Assembly (NCBI GenBank): GCA_026417735.1
Contig: JAOACR010000014.1
Span: 70,829-134,828, forward strand
Length of the DNA: 64,000 nucleotides
From: Kiritimatiellia bacterium
GTDB taxonomy: Bacteria; Verrucomicrobiota; Kiritimatiellia; PWTM01
Direction of reading: 5' to 3'
The notes below the pieces were generated by a model. That model was not told the DNA's origin and did not search any database. It saw nothing but the letters and a program-made list of their open reading frames with translations. Below, piece after piece: positions 1-10,021 of this stretch (position 1 is its first letter; every line of letters begins with the position of its first letter). A program made the position numbers and the translations under genes.

Positions 1-1
1 G

Positions 2-631
2 GTGCTCGACGTCCAGCCGGGGGATGAGGCCGGCATCAAAAGCGCCAGCCTCTTCGTCTCCGGCCCCTACGCCTACGGCTATTTCAAATCCGAACGCGGC
101 GTGCATCGTCTTGTCCGCATCAGCCCCTTCGATGCGAACCGGCGCCGGCATACGTCGTTCGCGGCGCTGGACGTCGTCGCGGAGCTGGACGACGACGTGG
201 AAATTGAAATTCAGGACAAAGATCTGCGCATCGACACCTACCGCTCGGGTGGCGCCGGCGGCCAGCATGTGAACAAGACCGATTCCGCAGTGCGGATTGT
301 GCACCTGCCCACCGGGATTGTCGTCGCCTGCCAGGCGGAACGCTCCCAGCACGCAAATCGCGAACGGGCGATGCGCATGCTGAAGGCGCGCCTCTACGAG
401 ATGGAAATGGACCGCAAGCGGCGGGAAATGGAGCAGTTTTACGGCGAAAAAGGCGAGATCGCCTGGGGCCGTCAGATCCGCTCGTACGTGCTGCAGCCCT
501 ACCAGATGGTGAAAGACCACCGTACCGACGTCGAGGTCGGACGGGTGGACGCGGTGCTCGACGGCGACCTGCGCCCGTTTGTGGACGCGTATCTGCGGAA
601 GTTTCGTCCGCGGGATGGAGACGGCATGTGA
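2..631 (+). CDS. prfB: Peptide chain release factor 2 (RF2), C-terminal part; 5' end lies outside the window
   Basis: GGQ motif ([22 protein letters not shown]), conserved RF2 C-terminal motifs ([26 protein letters not shown]). The ORF runs off the window start. Confidence 0.9.
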   Translation: MLDVQPGDEAGIKSASLFVSGPYAYGYFKSERGVHRLVRISPFDANRRRHTSFAALDVVAELDDDVEIEIQDKDLRIDTYRSGGAGGQHVNKTDSAVRIVHLPTGIVVACQAERSQHANRERAMRMLKARLYEMEMDRKRREMEQFYGEKGEIAWGRQIRSYVLQPYQMVKDHRTDVEVGRVDAVLDGDLRPFVDAYLRKFRPRDGDGM

Positions 632-1440
632 GCGTGCTGGAGCGGATCCTCGCGGACAAACGGGCGGAGATCGCGCGACGACGGCGCGGTGGCTCCCCCC
701 CTCCTCCCACGCAGCCTCCGCCGCCTTTCGCCGCCGCGCTGCGCTCGGTGCCGATCGGCCTGATTGCGGAGGTCAAGCGGCGCTCGCCCTCGGCCGGCGT
801 GATCCGCGAGCCCTGGGACCCCGCCGCAATCGCGCTCGCCTACGCCGCGGCGGGCGCGCAGGCGATCTCGGTGCTTGTGGACGAGCCGTACTTCGGCGGT
901 GGCGAAGCGGACTTCCGGGCGGTGCGGTCGAACGTGCCACTGCCGCTCTTGTACAAGGAATTTGTGCTGGACGAGTGGCAGGTCGCGCACGCGGCGTCGC
1001 TGGGCGCCTCCGCGGTGTTGCTGATCGTCGCGGCACTGGACGACGTCGCGCTGAAAGATCTGTCGGCCGCGTCCGCCGCCTACGGCCTCGAAACCCTCGT
1101 GGAGGTGCACAACGAGCGGGAACTGGAGCGGGCGCTCGCGGCCGGCGCCACCCTGATCGGCATCAACAATCGGGACCTACGAACCTTTCGGACGGACCTC
1201 ACCGTGAGTCTGCGGCTGGCGCCGGCAGTGCCGCGGGGAACGACGCTTGTCAGCGAAAGTGGCATCCGCGATGCGGAGGACGTCCGGCGTTTGCAGAGTG
1301 CCGGTGTGCATGCGATTCTCGTCGGCGAAAGCCTGCTGCGACAGTCCGATGTCGCCGCTGCGGTACGGCGCCTGATGGCGCCGGCGCGCGGCGGGGAGGT
1401 GCCAGGCGATGGATCAACCTACGGCCCGAAAATGGATTGA
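628..1440 (+). CDS. trpC: Indole-3-glycerol phosphate synthase
   Basis: IGPS motifs ([48 protein letters not shown]). The ATG overlaps the prfB stop (ATGA). Confidence 0.9.
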   Translation: MSVLERILADKRAEIARRRRGGSPPPPTQPPPPFAAALRSVPIGLIAEVKRRSPSAGVIREPWDPAAIALAYAAAGAQAISVLVDEPYFGGGEADFRAVRSNVPLPLLYKEFVLDEWQVAHAASLGASAVLLIVAALDDVALKDLSAASAAYGLETLVEVHNERELERALAAGATLIGINNRDLRTFRTDLTVSLRLAPAVPRGTTLVSESGIRDAEDVRRLQSAGVHAILVGESLLRQSDVAAAVRRLMAPARGGEVPGDGSTYGPKMD

Positions 1441-2632
1441 GCGCGGTCTCGTGATGCCGTTGCCAGAGACGGTCGAGATCGCCCCAGAGGTCCGCCCCGA
1501 GCGAATTGCGCCGGGTGTCGTGATCCACCCCGGCTGCCGCATTCGCGGCGCCGAGACCTCCATCGGCCCGGGCTGTGTGTTGGGCGAGGAAGCCCCCTTG
1601 ACGCTGGACAACTGCCAGTTGGGACATCGCGTTCGGCTGGCCGGCGGCGCCTGTTCCGGCGCGACGTTCCTGGATGGGGCCGCACTCGGCAGCGCCGCGC
1701 ACGTTCGGCCCGGCACATTGCTGGAGGAAGAGGCCTCCTGCGCGCACGCGGCGGGTCTCAAGCAGACCATCCTGCTGCCTTTTGTGACGACGGGTAGCCT
1801 CGTGAACCTGTGCGACCTGCTGATCGCGGGCGGCACGTCGCGACGTCACCACACCGAGGTCGGTTCGTCCTATGTTCACTTCAATTTCACCCCCCACGGC
1901 GACAAGGCCACCGCCTCCCTGGTCGGCGACGTGCCACGAGGGGTGTGGCTCGACCAGCCGCCAATCTTCCTGGGCGGCCAGGGAGGGCTCGTCGGGCCGT
2001 CGCGGGTCGCGTTCGGCGTCGTGATCCCGGCCGGCATCATCTGGCGCGGCGACGCACTGGAGCCGGAAACGGTCGCGGTGCCGCCCCCTTCGGCCTCGCC
2101 CATGGCCCGGCCGTTCGTCGCCGGTGCGTACCGATCGGTGCGGCGGATCGTGCACGCAAACCTGACGTTCGTGGGAAATCTGCTGGCGCTCACCGCGTGG
2201 TACCGCCACATCCGCGCGCGATGGATGCAGTCCGACCCTTGGCGCGCCGAGTGCCATGCGGGGGCGTTGAGGCGCCTCGCCGAGGGAGTGGAGGAGCGGC
2301 TGCGGCGCCTTGACGAGCTGGCCGACCGCATGGAGCGATCGGTCCAGCTGGCCCGCAGCGACCGCCGATGCGCAATTCCGGCGGACTTGATCGCGGAGCA
2401 AGAGCGGTTCCGCCGGCAGTGGCCGGCGATCCGCGAAGCGATCCGGTCCTGTGGTGACTTTGAACCGCCACCGGAACTGGTTGCCGCCGTCGCCGGCGCG
2501 ACCGCCCGCGAGGCGACAGACTGGCCCGCGGTAGTTCGCGCCGTGCCGGACGAGGTTCGTCATGCCGGCCGGGAGTGGCTAGAGCGCTTCGTGGAACGCT
2601 GCCGCTCATTGTGGCCGGCCCGCACGGGCTGA
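1409..2632 (+). CDS. Hexapeptide-repeat (left-handed beta-helix) protein with a helical C-terminal domain; function unknown
   Basis: 407-aa ORF with imperfect hexapeptide repeats in the N-terminal ~230 aa (IHPGCRIRGAETSIGPGCVLG..., VRLAGGACSGATFLDGAALGSAAHVRPGTLL). An alternative start at 1454 would remove the overlap with trpC. Confidence 0.6.
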   Translation: MDQPTARKWIERGLVMPLPETVEIAPEVRPERIAPGVVIHPGCRIRGAETSIGPGCVLGEEAPLTLDNCQLGHRVRLAGGACSGATFLDGAALGSAAHVRPGTLLEEEASCAHAAGLKQTILLPFVTTGSLVNLCDLLIAGGTSRRHHTEVGSSYVHFNFTPHGDKATASLVGDVPRGVWLDQPPIFLGGQGGLVGPSRVAFGVVIPAGIIWRGDALEPETVAVPPPSASPMARPFVAGAYRSVRRIVHANLTFVGNLLALTAWYRHIRARWMQSDPWRAECHAGALRRLAEGVEERLRRLDELADRMERSVQLARSDRRCAIPADLIAEQERFRRQWPAIREAIRSCGDFEPPPELVAAVAGATAREATDWPAVVRAVPDEVRHAGREWLERFVERCRSLWPARTG

Positions 2633-2637
2633 CCGCG

Positions 2638-4080
2638 ATGTCGCGTCGCCTGCCGACCGTATTCTTCGCCGGGGCAGCGATCCGCGCCGCGGCGATGTCC
2701 GACAGTGTGGTGGATTGGGGACCGTTGTACTACCGCGTGCAGTTGTCCGGCAGCGGCACCATCGAACGGGCGGTCGGGCCATTGTGGGAACGGCGAATCT
2801 CCGCGGACGGTCGGCTTTGGGCTCTTCGGCCGTTCATCGCTCGCGCAGCCAGCGCGACAAACCGTGTCGAAGGGGATCTGCTTTGGCCGCTGGGCGAATT
2901 CTCTGCGCTGCCCCCCGAGCGAGGGTGGCGGGTGCTCACCGCGTGGTACCACTGCTTCGATACGACCGCGGCTCGTCCGCGCTGGCGCCTCTGGATTTTG
3001 CCCGTCTATATCCAGGGCCGCAGCGCGGCCGGCAGGGACTATCTCGGCGTGGTCCCGCTCGGCGGACGCATCGAGGAATTCTTCGGCCTGGACGAATGCA
3101 CCTTCGTGCTGTGGCCGGTGTGGTCACGACAACGCGATGGCCATCTGCTGACCACCGCGTGGCTCTACCCGATCTGGAGCCGGACGCAGGGCCCGACGGA
3201 GGAACGGTTGCGGGTTTTCCCGTTCTACGGCCGCGCCCGGCGGCACGGCCAATACGAAAAGCAGTTCATCCTGTGGCCGATCTGGACCTGGGCCCGCTAC
3301 CACTATCCCACTTCGCACGGCACCGGTTGGATCCTGTTTCCGTTCTACGGCCGTCTGGACCTCAGCGACCAGACTTCCCGCCTGATCCTGCCCCCCTTCA
3401 TTCGGATCACGCACGGCCAGGAGGTCCGGGGCATGGATGCACCCTGGCCGTTCGTGCGGTACCAAACGGGGCGCCGCAATCGTCTGCACATCTGGCCGTT
3501 TTACGGGCGCACGACGGACCCGGCGATCGACCGGGCCTACTTTGTGTGGCCGCTGGTGTGGCGGCTGCGCGTCACCCGGCACGACGAGATCCATCGCTCT
3601 TGGCACATCGTGCCCTTCGCGCACTGGCGCAGCTCCACGCCGCCGCAGGCGTCGCCGTCGCGGCGAGAGGGGCGCATCTGGCCACTGCTCTCCTGGTCGT
3701 GCGAGGGCGAGGCGTGGCACTGGCGGGCACCCGAGCTGTGGCCCACCTGGCCGCTGGCGCCGGTGGAACGGTCGTGGTCGCCGCTCTGGACGCTGATCCG
3801 CTACAGTCGCAGCGCCGGCGAAACGGAGTGGGAACTGCTCTGGGGCCTCGTGCGCCACCGCCGCGACGCGCAGCTCCGCCACACATCCGTGTTTCCCCTA
3901 TGGGAGGCCAGCACCGCGACGTCGGCCCACCGCACATCGTGGTCGGTCCTGAAGGGACTGGTGGGCGTCCGTTGCGACGGGGCGAACGTCCACCTGCGAC
4001 TGCTCTACGCACTTGACGTTCCGATCGGAGGATCCCGGCCATCGTCCTGCACGAACCCGACCACTTCGAGCCGCCGCTGA
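2638..4080 (+). CDS. Secreted Trp/Pro-rich tandem-repeat protein (alternating WP[IL]W / [FW]PFYGR units); function unknown
   Basis: The ORF is open from 2575, but the ATG at 2638 follows the upstream stop and gives a signal-peptide-like N-terminus (MSRRLPTVFFAGAAIRAAA). More than 12 aromatic repeats: LWPLGEF, VLWPVWSR, LYPIWSR, VFPFYGR, ILWPIWTW, LFPFYGR, PWPFVRY, IWPFYGR, VWPLVWR, IWPLLSW, WPTWPL, SPLWTL. Confidence 0.6.
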   Translation: MSRRLPTVFFAGAAIRAAAMSDSVVDWGPLYYRVQLSGSGTIERAVGPLWERRISADGRLWALRPFIARAASATNRVEGDLLWPLGEFSALPPERGWRVLTAWYHCFDTTAARPRWRLWILPVYIQGRSAAGRDYLGVVPLGGRIEEFFGLDECTFVLWPVWSRQRDGHLLTTAWLYPIWSRTQGPTEERLRVFPFYGRARRHGQYEKQFILWPIWTWARYHYPTSHGTGWILFPFYGRLDLSDQTSRLILPPFIRITHGQEVRGMDAPWPFVRYQTGRRNRLHIWPFYGRTTDPAIDRAYFVWPLVWRLRVTRHDEIHRSWHIVPFAHWRSSTPPQASPSRREGRIWPLLSWSCEGEAWHWRAPELWPTWPLAPVERSWSPLWTLIRYSRSAGETEWELLWGLVRHRRDAQLRHTSVFPLWEASTATSAHRTSWSVLKGLVGVRCDGANVHLRLLYALDVPIGGSRPSSCTNPTTSSRR

Positions 4081-4094
4081 ACCTGTTCGCGGCG

Positions 4095-4853
4095 GTGGGG
4101 CGTCGGTTGCTACTGAGCTGCCGCAACGCCGGCCGCGGGCTGATCGTGCTCGGCGGGGCGCTGCTGGAGCTGCGTCACATGCTTTCGCGACGCAACCGTC
4201 GCGAAGTGCTCACGCAGCTGTTCATCACCGGCATCAAAAGCCTTGGGGTGCTGACCGTGGTGGCGATGTTCACCGGCATGATCCTCGCGCTGCAAACCGG
4301 CCTGGAACTGCGGCGCTACGGGCAGGAGGTGAACATCGGCACCGCGGTGACGGTGGTGATGGTCCGTGAAATGGGCCCCTTCATGACGGGGCTGGTGATC
4401 GCGGCGAGCGTGGGCTCCGCCATCGCCGCACAGCTGGCGACGATGACCGTATCCGAAGAGGTCGCGGCGCTCGAGGTGATGTCGATCAGCCCTGTCCGCT
4501 TCCTGGTGATGCCGCGGCTCGCCGCGCTCCTCATCATGATGCCGGTGCTCACCGTCTACACCAACGTGCTGGGCGTGATCGGCGGCGCGATCGTGGGCCG
4601 CACCCAGCTGGGCGTCTCGCTGCCGGCCTACTTCGATAACGCGATCCAATACGTGCGCAACAAGGACCTCTACGTCGGGCTGCTGAAAGCCACCGTGTTC
4701 GGCGTGGTGATCGCAACGGTCGCCTGCCAGCAGGGCTTCCAGGCGACGGAGGGCGCGGTCGGCGTGGGCCACGCGACCCGCCGGACCGTGATCATTTCCT
4801 TCCTGACCATCCTGATGCTCGGCTACATGATCACCAGGTTGTTCTACCAGTGA
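4095..4853 (+). CDS. mlaE: Mla/Ttg2-type ABC transporter permease (MlaE family)
   Basis: MlaE-like multipass TM protein (REVLTQLFITGIKSLGVLTVV, GPFMTGLVIAASVGSAIAAQL). GTG start at 4095; the frame has a TGA at 4014-4016 and no other start codon between. Confidence 0.85.
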   Translation: MGRRLLLSCRNAGRGLIVLGGALLELRHMLSRRNRREVLTQLFITGIKSLGVLTVVAMFTGMILALQTGLELRRYGQEVNIGTAVTVVMVREMGPFMTGLVIAASVGSAIAAQLATMTVSEEVAALEVMSISPVRFLVMPRLAALLIMMPVLTVYTNVLGVIGGAIVGRTQLGVSLPAYFDNAIQYVRNKDLYVGLLKATVFGVVIATVACQQGFQATEGAVGVGHATRRTVIISFLTILMLGYMITRLFYQ

Positions 4854-5629
4854 GTGCGACGCCGGCGATCCGATTTGAGCGGGTGGTGAAGCGGCTGGGC
4901 GGCCGCCTTGTGCTCGACGAGGTCTCGTTCGAGGTCCAGCGGGGCGAAGTGTTTGTGATCGTCGGCGCGTCGGGCTCGGGCAAAAGCGTCACGCTCAAAC
5001 ACATGGTGCGGCTGCTCACGCCGGACGAGGGCCGCGTCTGGGTCGGCGAGGACTGCATCAGCGAGGCGCGCGGCCGCCGGCTCGCCGAACTCCGCGACCG
5101 CTTCGGTGTGCTGTTCCAGAGTTCCGCGCTGCTGCAGTGGATGACCGTCGAGGAGAACGTCGCGCTGCCGCTGCGCGAGAAGACCGCGCTGAGCGAGCCC
5201 GAAATCGCAGAGCGGGTGCACCGGCAGCTCGCCGCGCTCGGCCTCGAGGACGCGGCCGACAAATTCCCCGCCGATCTCTCCGGCGGCATGCAGAAGCGCG
5301 TCGGCCTTGCCCGCGCAATGGTGCTGAACCCTGAAATCATCCTGTACGACGAGCCCACCTCCGGTCTGGACCCCGTCACCTCGCGCCGCATCGACGACCT
5401 GATCCTGGAGCTGCGCCAGCAACACGGCATCACGAGCGTGGTCGTCACGCACGACCTTCACTCCGCGCTCGCGATCGCGACCCGCATCGCGGTGATCCAC
5501 CAGGGCCGCGTGGTCGAGGTCCGCCGGCCCGCAGAGTTTTTGCGCTCAACCAACGAGATTGTTCGGTCGTTTCTTGACGCGCAGTACATCACGCGCCGCG
5601 GCGCGTGGGAGATGGAGACGATTCAATGA
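4850..5629 (+). CDS. mlaF: Mla-type ABC transporter ATP-binding protein
   Basis: Walker A (GASGSGKS), ABC signature (LSGGMQKRVGLARA), Walker B (ILYDEPTSGLD). Overlaps the mlaE stop by 4 nt. Confidence 0.9.
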   Translation: MSATPAIRFERVVKRLGGRLVLDEVSFEVQRGEVFVIVGASGSGKSVTLKHMVRLLTPDEGRVWVGEDCISEARGRRLAELRDRFGVLFQSSALLQWMTVEENVALPLREKTALSEPEIAERVHRQLAALGLEDAADKFPADLSGGMQKRVGLARAMVLNPEIILYDEPTSGLDPVTSRRIDDLILELRQQHGITSVVVTHDLHSALAIATRIAVIHQGRVVEVRRPAEFLRSTNEIVRSFLDAQYITRRGAWEMETIQ

Positions 5630-6618
5630 GACGGGAACGGATTCGCGAGACTTCAATGGAGGTCACCGTCGGCGCGTTCCTGTTCATGGTGCTGCTCGCG
5701 CTGGCGGTCTTTACGATCATTCTCAGCCGCCAGAGCCTGTTCGAGCGCACCGTCTACTACGAGGTCACGTTCCGCACGGTGCTGGGTGTGCGCGAGGGGG
5801 ACAACGTCTACCTCCGCGGCGTGATCATCGGCAAGGTGGACGACGTGATCGTGGAGCGCCAGGGGGTGCGCGTGCGACTGGCGGTGAACCGCCCTCTCGA
5901 CCTTCGCGAAAATTACCGCATCGAAATCCTTCCCTCCTCGCTGCTGGGCGGCCGCTACCTCGAAATCGAGGAGGGCGACGAGGACCGGCCCGCGATCCCG
6001 CCCGGCACGCCGCTGGTGGGCACCACGCCGAAAGACCTGCTCGACGAAGCGACCCGCGTGGTCGCTTCGATCCGGTCCACGCTGGAGGGCGGCGTGCTCG
6101 ACAATGCGCGCACGATCGTTTCGAACGTGAACGCGATCGTTGCGCGGGTCGAGCGCGGCGAGGGTACGCTCGGGCGGCTCGTTCGCGACGAGACGGTGTA
6201 CAACGACGCTCGCGCGATCGTCGCCAACGTCCGCGAGATCAGCGAGCGGCTGAACCGCGGCGAAGGTTCACTCGGCCGGCTGCTATCGGACGACGGGTCG
6301 ATCTACCGGGACATCGAACAAACCGCCGCGAATCTCCGGCGCGCCTCCGACGATCTCGCGCAGGGCCGCGGACTGCTCGGCAAGCTGATCTCAAGCGATG
6401 ATGCCGTTTACGACGACCTGCGTGCCACGGTCGCGTCGGTCCGGGAGGTGGCGGAGGGGCTGCGGCGGGGTGAGGGCACGCTGGGCCGGCTGCTGAAAGA
6501 AACGGAGGTCTACGAAGACCTGAAACAGGCACTTCGTGAGCTGCGCGCGACCATTGACGACTTCCGCGAAACCGCACCGATCACCACTTTTTCGAGTATT
6601 TTCCTCGGAGCGTTCTGA
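5626..6618 (+). CDS. mlaD: MCE-domain substrate-binding protein (MlaD family)
   Basis: N-terminal TM helix followed by an MCE domain (YYEVTFRTVLGVREGDNVYLRGVIIGKVDDV), then repeated helical segments with GEG(T/S)LGRL motifs. ATG overlaps the mlaF stop (ATGA). Confidence 0.85.
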   Translation: MRRERIRETSMEVTVGAFLFMVLLALAVFTIILSRQSLFERTVYYEVTFRTVLGVREGDNVYLRGVIIGKVDDVIVERQGVRVRLAVNRPLDLRENYRIEILPSSLLGGRYLEIEEGDEDRPAIPPGTPLVGTTPKDLLDEATRVVASIRSTLEGGVLDNARTIVSNVNAIVARVERGEGTLGRLVRDETVYNDARAIVANVREISERLNRGEGSLGRLLSDDGSIYRDIEQTAANLRRASDDLAQGRGLLGKLISSDDAVYDDLRATVASVREVAEGLRRGEGTLGRLLKETEVYEDLKQALRELRATIDDFRETAPITTFSSIFLGAF

Positions 6619-6653
6619 CGTGTGGCTCGGCCGCGAAACCGAAAAAACCTGAC

Positions 6654-8975
6654 ATGCTGACGACAGTGCTGGCGACGCTGCTGTGGATGACCGGCCTGGC
6701 GGAGCTGGTTGCCGCCGCGAGCCTATTCCGGCGCACCCGCCGCCCCGGCATCCGGCCGTTGGCCGTGTTGCTGGCCGCGCTCAGCGTGTACACGGTTGCG
6801 TACGGCTTTGAGATTCTGCGCCCGTCGATCCCCTGGATGCTCGGCTGGCTCCGGGTCGAATATCTGGGGGTACCGTTCATCGGATGGGCATGGTGGTGGC
6901 TCGCCTGGGAAGTCTCCTCCGGGCGCAGTGGCGCGCCCCGGTGGCGTGGCTGGCTCGCGGTGGTGCCGGCGTGCACCGCGGCGGTTGCGCTATTGGGCGG
7001 TGGGAGTCAGTGGATCCATGCCCCCCCACATGAGGTCCGACTTTCCCCGATACCGATCTTTCAGTTCGAGCCCGGTCCGCTCTACAGGGCGATTTGGGCC
7101 TACAACTGGACGCTCGCCGCGCTCGGCACATCGCGGCTGCTGACGCGAGCCGCCATTTATGGCGGTGTCTATCGGCGCCAGCTCCGCGTCTGGTTGGCCG
7201 CGTTTGCGGTGCCCGCGCTCGCCAATCTCGCCTATGCGGCCGGCCTGCAACCGTCGGGCGCGTTCGACATCAACCCGTTCGCCTTCGCCATCGGTGGGGC
7301 GATTGTCGCCCCCGTGGTTCTCCGTAGATCGCTGCTGGATGTGATCCCGATTGCGCGGGCCCGCGCGTTGGACGCGCTCAGCGAGGGTGTCATCGTGATG
7401 GACGCCGACGGTGTGGTGCTCGATGTGAATCCCGCCGCGGCTCGAATGATCGGTGCCGCCCGGATTGGGCGCTCCTGCGAGCTCGCGTTCGAGATGTCGG
7501 CGGAGTTCGGACGCGCAATCTCCGCTGCAGAGGGGAGTGGCCCCAAGATTCTCCATGACGCCGGGCCCTCCCGGCGAGTGATCGAGTGGCGGCAACAACC
7601 GATCGGCGATCCCGCCTCGCCGGAGGGCCGCGTGGTCTGGCTGCGGGACATTACGGAGGAGTACCGAATGCAGGCCGAGCTCCGCGCCCGGGACCGGTTG
7701 CTCGCCGCGCTCGCCCGATCGGCCCGGCTGCTGCTGGGGCCGGCCGGCCTGCCGGAACTGCGCGGCTACATCCACGAGCTCGGCCAATCCTCCGGGGTGG
7801 AGCGTCTGCACCTGATCCTCGGAACGTTGCCGGACGGCACCACGCTGAGCGCACCGGTGGAGGTCGCGCGGTGGGATGCCGCGGAGCCGACGGCGGTCTC
7901 GCCGACGCCACCGCGCTGCCCCGCCGAGAACGCTGCCGATGTGCTCCGCGAGTGGGTGGCCGACCTGCGAGGGGCACAGAGCGTGGCGGGCATGCGGGAG
8001 ACGTTTGCGCCTCCCGCGCGCGCGCTCCTGGAAACCCTGGGCTTGTCGGCAGCGGTCGCCGCACCGATTCTCTGGGGTCGCGATGCCGGCGGTCTGCTGA
8101 TGCTCGGCCTCACGCGCGAGCACCGCGCGCCCACCGCCGCGGAAATCGAGTTTGTGCACGGCGCCGCGCTGCATCTCGCGCTCGCGCTGCGGCGCGACCG
8201 GATGGAGGCCGCGGCGCACGAGGCGCGCCAGACCGAATCCGTCGGCCGGCTGGCGGCCGGTCTCGCGCGCGATTTTAATAATCTCAACCAGGTCGTGCTC
8301 GGCTACACGGAGACGCTGCGCGACGCGTTCTGCGAGGGGGATTCGCGCCGTGCCGACCTCGCAGAGATTGAAGGTGCGGCCCGGCGTGCCGTGCAGATCA
8401 CCCGTCAGCTGCTGGCCGTCGGCGAATCGCTGAACCTCTCCATGGTACCGATGGAGGTGCACGCGCTGCTGCGCCATCTGGCCCCGATGATCGAACGCAT
8501 GCTCGGTCCCTCAATCGTCATGGAGCTGCGACTGGACGCGCCCGACGACCACGTCATCGCCGACGCATCGCTCATCGAGTACGCGTTCCTCGGTCTGGTC
8601 GCGAACGCGCGGGACGCAATGCCGCTGGGGGGACAGCTTCTCATCCGTACCCGCAACATCGAAATTGCCACGGGAGACACTGCGATTGGCGAGCTTGCCG
8701 CCGGCCGCTACCTGGGTGTGGACGTTAGCGACAACGGCATCGGCATGAACGAGACCACGCGCAGCCATCTGTTCGAGCCGTTCTTTTCGAGGAACCCCGG
8801 GGGGCGGAGCATCGGCCTGAACCTCGCGGCAATTCGCGGCACGCTCAAGCAGCATGGAGGGGATGTTCGGGTCGAATCGGTTGAGGGCCGAGGTTCCACC
8901 TTCACCGTGCTGCTGCCGGTTCGCGCGCCTCCTTCCCCCTCGGCTGCGGCGCCGGCCACTGCGCAGGCCGTTTGA
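6654..8975 (+). CDS. Sensor histidine kinase with a Trp-rich multipass membrane N-domain, PAS and GAF segments, and HisKA + HATPase
   Basis: N-terminal ~230 aa hydrophobic; the central region has PAS-like and GAF-like sequence. DHp motif HEARQTESVGRLAAGLARDFNNLNQVV. ATP lid (DNGIGM, GRSIGLNL, GGDVRVESVEGRGSTF). Confidence 0.85.
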   Translation: MLTTVLATLLWMTGLAELVAAASLFRRTRRPGIRPLAVLLAALSVYTVAYGFEILRPSIPWMLGWLRVEYLGVPFIGWAWWWLAWEVSSGRSGAPRWRGWLAVVPACTAAVALLGGGSQWIHAPPHEVRLSPIPIFQFEPGPLYRAIWAYNWTLAALGTSRLLTRAAIYGGVYRRQLRVWLAAFAVPALANLAYAAGLQPSGAFDINPFAFAIGGAIVAPVVLRRSLLDVIPIARARALDALSEGVIVMDADGVVLDVNPAAARMIGAARIGRSCELAFEMSAEFGRAISAAEGSGPKILHDAGPSRRVIEWRQQPIGDPASPEGRVVWLRDITEEYRMQAELRARDRLLAALARSARLLLGPAGLPELRGYIHELGQSSGVERLHLILGTLPDGTTLSAPVEVARWDAAEPTAVSPTPPRCPAENAADVLREWVADLRGAQSVAGMRETFAPPARALLETLGLSAAVAAPILWGRDAGGLLMLGLTREHRAPTAAEIEFVHGAALHLALALRRDRMEAAAHEARQTESVGRLAAGLARDFNNLNQVVLGYTETLRDAFCEGDSRRADLAEIEGAARRAVQITRQLLAVGESLNLSMVPMEVHALLRHLAPMIERMLGPSIVMELRLDAPDDHVIADASLIEYAFLGLVANARDAMPLGGQLLIRTRNIEIATGDTAIGELAAGRYLGVDVSDNGIGMNETTRSHLFEPFFSRNPGGRSIGLNLAAIRGTLKQHGGDVRVESVEGRGSTFTVLLPVRAPPSPSAAAPATAQAV

Positions 8976-9019
8976 GTTTCTGCAGGTCCACGCCCATACT
9001 GGGGGGTTGAGATACGGCG

Positions 9020-10021
9020 ATGAAACCAGCACTGGGCGTGGATTTTGGTGGCACCGCGGTGAAAATCGGCCTGGTCAACGCGCAGGGGCGCGTGCTCGGC
9101 GAGGACGGCTTCGCCACCGCCGGCGTCCGCGGAGTCGAGCGATGGCTGGACGAGGTCGCTGCCGCGGCAGAACGGCTGGGGGTTCCCGCCGGCCGGTGGT
9201 CGCGGGAGCTCTCCGGCATCGGCGTCGGCGTGCCCGGGTTTGTAGATTTCGAACGCGGATTCATTCACAACCTGACGAACGTACCCGGCTGGACCGCAGT
9301 ACACCTCGCGCGGCTGATGCGGGAGCGGTTTGGTGTACCGGTGGTGGTGGACAACGACTGCAACGCAATGGCGTTCGGGGAGTGTCAGTTCGGCGCGGGC
9401 CGCCGCTATCGTCACGCGGTGTTTCTCACGCTCGGCACCGGTGTCGGCGGCGGGATTGTGCTGGATGGCCGCGTCTGGCGGGGCGCATATTCGATGGCCG
9501 GCGAGATCGGCCACGTGCCGATCGATCTGCACGGCGTGCGCACGCCGACCGGCCGCGGAGGACTGGAAGAATATGTCGGCAACCGGCAGATCGTCCGTCG
9601 TGCCCGCCGCCTGCTCCGTCACCGGCGGTCAATTCTGCCGGATCTGGTGGGTGGCAACCTGCGCGAGCTGACCCCGCGGCACCTCGCCGACGCCGCTGCG
9701 AAGGGCGACGCGGTTGCGCTGGAGGTGTTCGACTACATGGCCGACTGTCTGGCCACCGCGCTGGCCGGCATCACCTACCTGCTGCAGCCCGAGGCGTTCA
9801 TCGTCGGTGGCGGCGTCGCAGCCGCCGGCGACGTGCTGTTTGGGCCGTTGCGCCGTCATCTGACAGAACGGCTGAGCCCGTTCTTCGCCAAATACATTCG
9901 CGTGGAACCAGCGGCGCTGGGCAACCGCGGTGGGATGATTGGCGCCGCCGCGCTGGTGTTGAAGTCGAACGAGTCTTCCCCATGCATCGGCCCGCGGTCC
10001 AGACGCGCTCGGCGGTCGTAA
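9020..10021 (+). CDS. ROK-family sugar kinase (glucokinase-like; lacks the Cys zinc motif)
   Basis: MKPALGVDFGGTAVKIGLV, ROK core GTGVGGGIVLDGRVWRGAYSMAGEIGHV. No CxCGxxGC motif. Confidence 0.85.
   Translation: MKPALGVDFGGTAVKIGLVNAQGRVLGEDGFATAGVRGVERWLDEVAAAAERLGVPAGRWSRELSGIGVGVPGFVDFERGFIHNLTNVPGWTAVHLARLMRERFGVPVVVDNDCNAMAFGECQFGAGRRYRHAVFLTLGTGVGGGIVLDGRVWRGAYSMAGEIGHVPIDLHGVRTPTGRGGLEEYVGNRQIVRRARRLLRHRRSILPDLVGGNLRELTPRHLADAAAKGDAVALEVFDYMADCLATALAGITYLLQPEAFIVGGGVAAAGDVLFGPLRRHLTERLSPFFAKYIRVEPAALGNRGGMIGAAALVLKSNESSPCIGPRSRRARRS

Noticed and set aside
990-2563. Long antisense ORFs (e.g. 1250..2563 minus, 437 aa) opposite trpC and the LbH gene
   Set aside because: Low-complexity R/G/A composition with no recognisable domains; a high-GC artefact.
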